DNA from: Paramoeba atlantica
Lineage: Eukaryota > Protista > Discosea
Direction of reading: 5' to 3'
NCBI GenBank assembly: GCA_977017575.1
Contig: CDRNVI010000089.1
Span: 1 to 64,000 of the forward strand
Length of the DNA: 64,000 bases
Positions 29,140 to 39,248 of the stretch are shown piece by piece. Below the pieces are notes generated by a model that made no database searches, was not told where the DNA came from, and saw nothing but the letters and a program-made list of their open reading frames with translations. How positions within the stretch are numbered: position 1 is the stretch's first letter; every line of letters begins with the position of its first letter. A program made the position numbers and the translations under genes.

Positions 29140-31875
29140 CCACTGGATCCAATAAAATCGCAGGCGGTCTTCTGTATGGGCGTCTCCGCAACTGGGTTAT
29201 TTCCAACAAGGTGCTGTGGCTGCATGACGCTATAGGAGTTGTTCAGAATGAGGAATTTTTTGAAGAAGGTGTGGCACCTATGAATCAGAAGCACAATACG
29301 GAGGCTCGAAGTGGCTTAAGCGTGGAAGACGCATCATTGATAAGAGAGTGGAAAATCATAAAAGAGAGTCCCACCCATAATAAAGAGTTGGGCGAAGCTA
29401 TACAAGATAAGGAAATCCTTTATCCAGTCAAGATTGATTGTGAATGCTCAGCAGGCGAGCAGATTGGCCAAAGCGCCCCCCGTACTCAGCCTCCCGCAAC
29501 CGGAAGAGATATTAAAGGCTATACAATACGTAGGGCCTGGTCACTATGTGACAGCCGACTTGCGTCATTGGTTTTATCAGATAAAAATCAATGGTTTATT
29601 CGCACGTACCATGGGACTGTTGTTGTTTGGTAAGACCTGGGTTCCCACAGTACTCCCCATGGGCCACTCGTGGTCGGCATCTATAGCGCACAGGATGTGT
29701 TGGGGTGTACTCCCCCTGTCATTAATAATGATAATTGCGGTGGTTGTAAAACTACCGCTCTACACTCGATTATTGAAAAAAAAGTGAACAAAAACAGTGA
29801 AAATATAAAGGGGAACACAGTAATATAATAGAAGAAAAAAATATAAAAGGGGGCTCCGGTGGTCCAAAACTGAAAAAAAAAATTGAAAAAAATGGGGGGT
29901 CCATGGGGGGGGTCCAGGGGGGGGGGCATGGTCGAGCAAATTTTTTTGAAAAAATTAGTTTGCGAAAAAAAACCGCAGAAAGGGTAGCCGGGGTCTTGGC
30001 GCGCATTTTCCACCCCGCTACCCGGGGGTGACCCCCCCGCGTATCCGCAGGACGGGTCCGCCAAGTTCGGATTTTTTCGGAAAAAATTTTTGAAAAAAAT
30101 TTCAACTTGGCGAAAAAAATGACAAAAAAAATATTTTTCCAAAATCGTTTCCCCTATTGTATTTTGATAGTTTGGGACCTACACTAGCTTTCTACGCAGT
30201 TGTTTTAGCAAGGTATCACTTCTTCGAACTGTGGTGCGCCCCCCAAAATGACCCATTTTTGACTAAAAAAGGTGAAAAAGTATTTTTCGGACCTAAAGGG
30301 GCATTTTTGTGTCGAAAGAATGGTATGGTTGGAGTCGTATTCTCTACCCAATACGTTCGGTAGGCTTTCATTCATGCCTGCGAGTGATTTCCCACGCGCA
30401 AATGTCGAATTTAGTGCTCTGAGAGCAAAAATATGCGAAAATGACCCCATTTGTACCCGAAATTCGGCTATTTTTGGCTATAATCTTTCCGTTTTCCAGG
30501 CTAAATTTTCTTTTTTAGGCTCTTCGTTAAACGCGGCGGTAGTTTTCAACGCGAAGCGCGCAGCATGAGTGACTTCTAAGTTGAAAGCAACCACCGCGTT
30601 TAACGAAGAGCCTAAAAAAGAAAATTATAATCCCCAAAAATGATTTGTTTTAAGACTATTATTATCATTATCATTATTAATGGCAGGGAGAGTACATAGT
30701 TTTCGACAAAAAAACACGATTTTCAGACCAAAAAATTTTAACCCGAATTTGAGCCGTTTTTGAAACCTTACCAGTAGTTTTTTAGTTCAAAGTACTTTTT
30801 GTTAAGACACAAAATTTTTTGTAAGAAAATCCTGCGTGCATGAAAATAAGTTGATAATTTTTTAAGAGTCTTCACCACGTAGAATGACAATTGTTTTTAA
30901 GATTATCATTATTAATGCAGGAGGAGTAGTTCTTTTCAAAACTAGCCAGAGTCAGCCATCTCTCGGGGTCCCACGATATTGTGACGATGCAACGCCCTTT
31001 TTTCTCCAGCTTACGGACACGAAAGGTCATGTGCAAGGAATAATTACGGTATACTGTATTACGATAACATTCTAATCGCGACAAAGGAGTCTGCACTGGC
31101 TCACAGGTGGAAAGAGAGGTTGAAGAAGAATGGAAAGTGTTTGAATGCTATCTGGAAGGACCCTCATTCAGTGATTACATTCTACAGGGTTGATTTTCTC
31201 GGGGTCGAGTATGTCTGGGAGCAGGAAGAAATGAAATGGCGAGTCTGTGACAAGACCTTGAAAAAATGGGATGATGACCTCAGTTTGGATACACCCGAAA
31301 GCACACATGGGTGCTCAGTCAGAAGAGCAACTGGTTGGATCTCTCGTTTGCTGTGGGTGCACAGAATTGCAGGTCTTACGCAAATAGAAATCGATTTCGC
31401 CATGGAGCAATTAGTGGAGTGGGGAACGGAGAATGTTTCATTGGGATGGGATCGAAATCTCTCAGGCGAAGAGGTTCTGAAATGGGAAACTATGATAAAA
31501 ATTGTTCTTCCGCTTATTTTTTTTCCCGAAAATGGCACTGGCGACCAAGCAGAAACGACCACGGTGTTACCGCGTGGGTAGCTACAGATGCGAGCAAGAA
31601 AGTGGGGATCGGAGGCCTATTCTTTTCTGACGATGGCAGACCGGATGATGCGTGGTACGTCAGCAATACAGTGCAAGATAAATCCCTTTCGGCATTTGTG
31701 CTCGAACTGAAAGCATTGGAGAGAGGTATCCAAGAGGCGATTAATCGCAAGTTATTCAGCTCCCGCTCGAGAAATAATTAGAAAAATTTCGAATCTTAAG
31801 AAGGAGCGTGCGTTTGATCTTGAGATTCGATGGGTTCCTGGTGAGAAAATTGCTGAAGACCATATCTCTCGAGGA
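29140..31875 (+). mobile_element. Decayed TATE/DIRS-type retroelement pol (RT + RNase H), interrupted by a 1.2-kb insertion
   Basis: SRLIVNA, ADLRHWFYQI, VLPMGHSWSASIA, (V)YYDNILI, VDFLGVEY; RNase H VATDASKKVGIG, ELKALERGI and EIRWVPGEKIAEDPYLSR; several frameshifts. Confidence 0.8.
29710..30926. mobile_element. TA-flanked composite TIR element inserted in the RT; contains a type A hairpin element
   Basis: TIR CTCCCCCTGTCATTAATAATGATAAT / ATTATCATTATTAATGCAGGAGGAG. Removal restores HRMCWGVVLFKT in frame. An extra right TIR lies at 30667-30692. Confidence 0.88.
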
Positions 31876-31891
31876 TGTCCCCTAGATGATA

Positions 31892-32460
31892 GACCCCCCT
31901 CCCACTTAATATTTACATGTACATGCGAAAAATGGTAAATAATAAGAGTGTATAAATAATAAGTGTCCATGTAAATATTACGGGGAAATTCCACTTATTA
32001 TTTACATTGGCTCCTGCAGGTGTTATAAAATTTTCTGACCGATCCATGATTGAAGGCGAGAAGAGGCACTTTTATCATGCCGTTCAATCTCATTTCAACA
32101 AATCGTTTTTTCACTGGTGATGGAACGCCTTTCCGTATGTGATGCCGTGGGTCATTCATTCCTAGTCTTACTTTTCTCATGTCTCTGCTGTGACTCATTG
32201 AAAATGGCCGGTTGGGCTGCTCACCTGAAGGTTGGACGCCTTCATCGGATAGATTTTCCGATCAGTATTCGGGTGCACCGTTTGAGTCGTAGGAACTGCT
32301 TTCATCGCGTTTTTGTAATTTGCTTCAGTGACATTTTTCAAAATTTTGAGAGATTAAAAGCCATGTAAATAATAAAAGTGTGTAAACAATAAGTGTCCAT
32401 GTAAATATTAAGTGTCCAGTAAATAATAAAAGTGTGTAAATATTAAGTGGGAGGGGGGTT
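31892..32460. mobile_element. TA-flanked TIR element
   Basis: 25-bp perfect TIR ACCCCCCTCCCACTTAATATTTACA plus a mismatched terminal base; TA at 31890-31891 and 32461-32462. Confidence 0.85.
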
Positions 32461-33666
32461 TAGTCAAAACAAGGCTACTTGGAAATTTTTAAAAACACTA
32501 TTTCAAGCCACCGATACACGAGTCAAAGTGGCAACTTGCGCTGCTCTGGAAACTTACATTACTGAAGTAGGATTGTAGATGGACGCAAGTGTACGGTAGC
32601 AGAGACTTAACACTTAGACACCAGATGCTGGTTCGCCTGTCCTGTGGCTGGGATATATCCCTTCCATTCGGGCTCCTCGAGCTGAACGAGCAGGTCGCTG
32701 CGAAATGAGCTATTCTAAACTTAGCGATTTTCAAGCAATGCTGTCGCCAAAAAAAAACGAAAATGTGCAAGAGATTCATTATAGGACAACTTGACACTTG
32801 CCTCGAGCTCGTAGGTGTCGAGCGTTTCGTTCGCAGGTAAAGGAGGCCATATTTCTCCCCTGTCATAGGGAATAATCACGCTGTTGCAATCGTAGAAGTA
32901 CCCGTCGGATAGTGCCTTTACATTGTGTTCAGAAGTGGAGGTGGCGGAGTGGCAAGAACTCAAAGTTTGAAGCACATGGTGCTCAGACGGCGAGTTCAAA
33001 CCCGCTCATCGCAATATTCCTGGCGGCCTCACTCTAAAAGGCTGGGCTGATAACCGACTAGGCCCAGTACTCGGAGGACGGTCCCGGACCCTCCCCTCAG
33101 GGAACCAGCTCCCTTACCCGGCTTACACCTCTTGGGTGACCCGTGTTGACGTACAGTTCGTCGACGCAGCGTGTTGACAACATCACGTTGGTGCCGCCTT
33201 GGACAAGCGGAAACTGGTAGAGGACGTCGGCCTCGGAACTTCCAAATCTGTCTGTGAAGGGTCTGGCTTGCCAGTGACCATGCGGAGCAATCCGGAATGA
33301 TTTGGATTGGATGTGTTCAGAAAGGAAGGAAAGAATGCAAGTCCTGAATCACGGCATCTGAAGATGCACCGCGATAAAGTTCGTTACCAAAAAAACAAAC
33401 AAAACCTGTCAAGGTGCATCCTACTAAGGATTTAAGAACATGATCAGAGTATTTCGGATTATAGCACCCAGGTCTTGCATAACCTGGAGTATAAAATTTG
33501 TGTCGTGAGAGCTTTTGATCTCATTCCTTCGGCATTCAACAGATCTCGAAATTCTAAGCTGATTTGCTTCATAAAACACCAGATGACTATAGGAAAGATT
33601 TTTAAGGAAAAAGAAGGGTCAAAATTCTGCAAATTATTTGAAACATTACGAAAATTGATAATTTTC

Positions 33667-35392
33667 TTTTTTAGGCTCTTCGTTAAACGCGGTGGTTGTT
33701 TTCAACTTAGAAGTCACTCATGCTGCACGCTTCGCGTTGAAAACTACCACCGCGTTTAACGAAGAGCCTAAAAAAGAAAAATCGCCAAAAGATCATGAAT
33801 AATCTAGTTTTTTGGGTGAAAAACCTCGATTTTAATGCGAAAATTGCGAAATTTTAACCCGAATTTGGGACGTTTTGGATGCCTTACCAGTAGGGGCAGG
33901 AGGCGAATCTGTCGAAAGAAACGTCGTAGAATGGTAGCTGAGGTGTAAAACTCTTAAAATACGTTTTAGGAGTCGATTTTGGAAAAAGAATATTTTTGCC
34001 TTTTTTTGGGTCAAAGAAATATATTTTTTGGTCACCTCAAAAAATTCGGAAATTTCGACCTTGTCGGACCCCTCCTGAGCGTACCAGGGGGGGGGGGACT
34101 ACCCCCAAGGGGGGGAGGTGGAAAATTATCGACACGGCCTACTCTACCACTTCCATGCGCTCGATTTTGAAAAGCAAAAAATTCGAAAAAAATTTCGCGA
34201 CGTGTGCCCCCCCATGGACCCACCATGAAGACAGCGTATGAAAACAATTTAAAAGGTTTTTTCGTCACGAATTAGGTTTCTTAGGGAAAAAAATGGAGGT
34301 TCAACACTAAAATGCTACATGAAAATGTACGAAACATAGTTGTACTTACGTAACGAAGAGCCTAAAAAAGAAATAAAAATTAATGAGAGAGGGTAGGTGG
34401 AAGGAGGGTGATATACAACACTTTAGATGAAAGGGGGGGCTCGTCTATTGTTGGCAACTTTTTTTGCCAACAATAGCCGATTGCCAACAGTTTTTTAGGC
34501 TCTTCGTTAAACGCGGTGGTTGTTTTCAACTTAGAAGTCACTCATGCTGCGCGCTTCGCGTTGAAAACTACCGCCGCATTTAACGAAGAGCCTAAAAAAG
34601 AAAATTTAGCCTGGAAAACGGAAAGATTATAGCCAAAAATAGCCGAATTTCGGGTACAAATGGGGTCATTTTCGTGTATTTTTGCTGTCAGAGCACTAAA
34701 TCCGACATTTGCGCGTGGGAAATCACTCGCAGGCATGAATGAAAGCCTACCGAACGTATTGGGTAGAGAATACGACTCCAACCATACCATTCTTTCGACA
34801 CAAAAATGCCCCTTTAGGTCCGAAAAATACTTTTTCACCTTTTTTAGTCAAAAATGGGTCATTTTGGGGGGCGCACCACAGTTCGAAGAAGTGATACCTT
34901 GCGAAAACAACTGCGTAGAAAGCTAGTGTAGGTCCCAAACTATCAAAATACAATAGGGGAAACGATTTTGGAAAAATATTTTTTTTGTCATTTTTTTCGC
35001 CAAGTTGAATTTTTTTTCAAAAAATTTTTTCCGAAAAAATCCGAACTTGGCGGACCCGTCCTGCGGATACGCGGGGGGGTCACCCCCGGGTAGGGGGGTG
35101 GAAAATGCGCGCCAAGACCCCGGCTACCCTTTCTGCGGTTTTTTTTCGAAAACTAATTTTTTCGAAAAAATTTGCTCGACCATGCCCCCCCCCCCTGGAC
35201 CCCCCCCCTGGACCCCCCCCCCTGGACCCCCCATTTTTTTCAAATTTTTTTTTCAGTTTTGGACCACCGGAGCCCCCTTTTATATTTTTTTCTTCTATTA
35301 TATTACTGTGTTCCTCTTTATATTTTCACTGTTTTTGTTCACTTTTTTTTCAATAATCGAGTGTAGAGCGGTAGTTTTACAACCACCGCAAT
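33667..35392. repeat. Inverted copy of 12620-14258, with a complete palindrome at 33667-33775 and a second at 34491-34599
   Basis: Reverse-complement match over ~1.65 kb. Confidence 0.9.
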
Positions 35393-36399
35393 AGATGATA
35401 CAATACCCCCCTTAATCAACAATAGATGGAACGGCAATAAAATCATCTATTGTTGGCCATCAAGGTAACTTACGCTACATTTATCACTTACACTACCGTC
35501 GCCCCCCCTCACATACACGAGGATACATACGTATCTTCGGAGGAACATCTTAGGATGTATACGTATCTTCGAAAAAGAGGAAAGTTTCGAAAATTTTCGA
35601 AAAAAGTGGAAATTTTGACCTTAGCAGACTCCAGGATTTTATCCGTCATACATGGCAATGGATCAAAGAAATCAAAATTAATTAAATGTCAACAATAACA
35701 GATTGCCAACAATAGATGATTTTATTAGTTTGCCAACAATAGATGATTGCCAACAATAGACGTACCCCCCCTTTACGATGAACCAATTTGTTTCGCTGTA
35801 AGGATAGATTGCGGGTAAGCGAGGATGATAATTATGAGATGTTAACTATAAATATTTGCTTAAGCGCCCATAGAGTAATGAAGGGAGGGCTAATGTACAA
35901 AAGGCAGATCTGTACTTTCTGGAGAAAATTCTTCCTGTCCCTTCGTCTCCACAAACGTGATTATGCGCTGATTTCTACGAATTTCTTCGTGATCAGCGAT
36001 GCGCTGCGGGGAAAAATAAAAGCCAAGCCCGTTGTCCGAAGTGCGGTCCAAACGTTTCGAGGATATAGAAATAATGTACTTTAGAAAAACTTAAAAGGAT
36101 ATGACTCTGAACAAAATTGTAAATTTTCGTAGAAATATAAATTTTTGTAAAAAAATACCAAAGGTCATTTATAAAAATTAATGAGAGGGGGAGTATAATG
36201 TTAGCGGAAATGGGGGATTACTTTTCTTGAGCGGGGGTTTATATAAACGAAAAAACATAAAGGCGAACAAAAAGGACGAAAAAACAAAAATAATTAGCAG
36301 AAGTAGGGGGAATAGATTGCGCCAGGCGACCCGAGGCGAACCGACCCCGAACCTGAATGGTTTCACCCCTCTTAATCCGTCCCGTAATAAAGCCCCGTA

Positions 36400-36485
36400 C
36401 TATACGCAAAACGTGGTCTTGTTTATCTCAAAATGTGATCGACAATACGGTCTTAAGTTTTGACTCACGCCTTAAGAAGTGTATA
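36400..36485 (+). mobile_element. 3' fragment of a second Tc1 transposase copy
   Basis: TGATCGACAATACGGTCTTAAGTTTTGACTCACGCCTTAA matches 38229-38268; cut by the MITE at 36486. Confidence 0.7.
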
Positions 36486-36841
36486 CACCCCCGCCAAAAA
36501 GTATTGTAATTTATTAGTATCGACCACGAATGTTTGGTCGATACTAATAAATACAATACTTTTTGTCGATTTCCACGAGTTGCCACTGGCCTCCAAAAAG
36601 TTGGACATTATCATATCGGTTCTGTGTAAACGTATAGTGAAGCATAAAAATAGGAGAGAAATCACTCAGCTTCCCTAGAGATCAAGTGGCCGCGTATATC
36701 AGAACTCATTATGCTAATTTCCTGAAAATTCGAAAAAAACAACCAAAATTCTGGTCAAAACTCAAAAAAATGGTCGATACTAATAAATACAATACTTTTT
36801 GTGTCGGCCATTTTTGTGGAGAATACTTTTTGGCGGGGGTG
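36486..36841. mobile_element. TA-flanked MITE, CACCCCCGCC family
   Basis: Same TIRs and internal sequence as 22521-22836. Confidence 0.9.
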
Positions 36842-37103
36842 TACTCCCGGTAGCACGTATGCACATTTCAAAATTTACTCGGGGTTTATTACGGTTTTCT
36901 TCCTTATATTTTCACTGTTTTTGTTCACTTTTTTTCAATAATCGAGGGTAGAGCGGTAGTTATACAACCACCGCTATAGTATTATAGATCTATAAAAATC
37001 TATAACAGGAAAAAGTGATCAAAAACGTTTTGAGGCTCTCTTTTAGCACGAATGACACCATGTAAAAAGTCAATTTATGACAGGCTTAATAAAGTTTCTT
37101 ATA

Positions 37104-38461
37104 ACCCCCCCCCAACGAATAAGTGACCCACCCTTATTATTCGCACAGGGTGGTGTAGGGGGATTACGGAACCACATTATCGTTCAAAATTTTGAGATCT
37201 GTACGTTCCCGCTATTTTCAGCTCTTTTAAAAATCTTTAAAAAAACTGATTTCCTTTTTTGAAAAACTTCATTTTTTCGGAAAAATGCCGAAGTCTCCTT
37301 TTCGGCTACCGAAAGGGGGGCTTACGAATAGCGGAAAGCCTTTGTTAAGGATGAGGGACGGTCAGGGTGTGTCAAAAAGGAAGCTGTCCCGCGAATGTAA
37401 TGTTTCTCTTAGGATTGTAAGAAAATATCTGAACGAAAAAAACCCACCCCAACATACAGTTTGAGCCCTGACCGCAAAAAAAAGTATTGAGTCGCGAAGA
37501 AATAAAGAAAATTCTTACCCCTCTAGACCCCGTCGGTGTGCCAAAGATTAACTCAGCTAGGCGTATTAAAGCCAAGTTACGTGATAGGGGTACAAAAGTG
37601 TAGAACAACACAGTCCTTAATGATCTTGAGTATATGGGGTATAATTATAGCGCTAGGCCTGTGTGCCAAGGCCCCACTGAATTACAAAAAATAAAAAGAG
37701 TAAACTTTGCAAAAACTTACAGTATGGATACCTCGTGTTGTATTTACAGACAAAAAAATATTTGACACGAATGATCGCCGAAAGAATATGTGGGTAGCAC
37801 CCGGTCAAAAAGCAGCCCCGCGTTAAAAAGTACGCTGGGCGCCAAAATGTCAAGTTTGGGGTGCCATAGGAGTAGGGTGGAGACAATTGGTTATTCTGCA
37901 TTCTGACTCGTCTATCACGAGTATGTCCTACATACTGTGTAGAGACTGTCTAGATACTATGTAGAGACGCTCAACAAGGTAACTTTCCCCATGAATTGTA
38001 ATTTTCAACAAGATGGGGCCACGGCACATACCGCCCATGCCTCTAAGGACTACACTACAGGTAGAATGAAAGATGTATTAAAAAATTGGCCCCCCAATTC
38101 ACCAGACCTTTCCCCCATAGAAAACGTCTGGTCTATGGTTCAAGAGGCAGTAGACGAACAAACCCCAGCGAACAAACCTTCACTTATCCGATGTGTACGT
38201 AAAGCATGGTCTTCTTTGCCTCAAAAAGTGATCGACAAAACGGTCTTAAGCTTTGACTCTCGCCTTAAACAGTGTATAAAATTGAGCGGCGAAAAAGTGA
38301 CAAAATGGTAATTTCTCTCTAAATTATACGTATTCTCTTCTTTTAGTTTCATTCCTTCTCGCGCAAAGTCTCTGTGTTGAGATCTGCAAAATGCAACAAA
38401 AATCAGCTCAAACGGACACTTGTACGAAAAAAGAGGTGGTTCACTTTCCATTGGGGGTGTT
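37104..38461 (+). mobile_element. Decayed full-length Tc1-family DNA transposon (DD35E)
   Basis: HTH remnant from ~37351; VVFTDKKIF, QVWGAIG, FQQDGATAH and WPPNSPDLSPIENVW; stops and frameshifts; degenerate ~45-bp TIRs flanked by TA. Confidence 0.88.
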
Positions 38462-38571
38462 TATTTCGCGGAAGAAAACTTAGTTTTCAGTTTTTTGCTT
38501 GGGCTTCTTCCGCCACAGGAAAAGGAGCTATACGGACTCTCTTTTCATTCATGATATTTTGGCAATTTTTC

Positions 38572-38680
38572 TTTTTTAGCCTCTTCGTTAAACGCGGTGG
38601 TTATGTTTAACGCGAAGAGCGCAGCATGAGTGACTTCTAAGTTGAAAACAACCACCGCGTTTAACGAAGAGCCTAAAAAA
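38572..38680. repeat. 109-bp palindrome (hairpin family terminus)
   Basis: Same 40-bp arms and 29-nt loop as the other copies. Confidence 0.85.
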
Positions 38681-38882
38681 GAAAAATACAAGCACCGCAA
38701 TCCACTCGTATTTGAATATTCCACCGTAACTGTTTTTCCCCCCTGTGTGTTATGATCCCGGACCCCCGTTTATTACATGTTTGAGGTGTTACATCTTTGA
38801 GCTCAAATGGCTTAAAACAAACTGTGTGTGATGTTATCATTATCATTAGATGTGAAACAAATTTATTTTTTAAGCGATTTTC

Positions 38883-39248
38883 TCACAAAGAGAGGTTTTG
38901 AGCCAACTTGGTTTTTCTGTATTTCTCTCGAGCGGCGTTCTGCGCAACAGAAAGCTGTATACACGAGGAGTCAAGTCGCAGAGATGAAATAGAGCTGCCT
39001 CGGATACAGCACTCCTTCAAAGACCAAAAATGACTTCCATCCGACGAAATACGTTGAACGCGCGCCATAAAAAGGTTCATCCACGTGTCAGCTGTAATCA
39101 GAGAACCGATCAAAATTTCTCCATTTTTGAGCTCTACTTCGACATTACAATTTGAAGAGCTTTTCAAGGCAGAAAGAGGCAAAATGTCAAGATGAGGAAG
39201 AGAATCATCTACGGAACGAGAATCATCCACGATAGATTCAGCTACCAT
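38883..39248 (-). CDS. Sm-like protein, LSm4-like
   Basis: LPLSALK, VEVELKNGE, DTWMNL, SSDGSHFW and CIRGSSI: Sm1/Sm2 motifs of LSm4/SmD3 type. Confidence 0.8.
   Translation of the reverse strand: MVAESIVDDSRSVDDSLPHLDILPLSALKSSSNCNVEVELKNGEILIGSLITADTWMNLFMARVQRISSDGSHFWSLKECCIRGSSISSLRLDSSCIQLSVAQNAAREKYRKTKLAQNLSL

Noticed and set aside
30977-30988. YCDD as the RT catalytic motif
   Set aside because: It has poor hydrophobic context. The restored IITVYYDNILI about 80 bp downstream fits motif C position and context better.
33200-33270. Hammerhead or HDV-like ribozyme in the three-copy segment
   Set aside because: GAAAC and GTC are present but there is no intact CUGANGA core or supporting stems, and the motif is not conserved in the second copy.
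35788-36084. Possible transposase Cys-rich tail (RCPKCG in an alternative frame)
   Set aside because: It is a single short motif in a stop-interrupted frame with no other supporting motifs.
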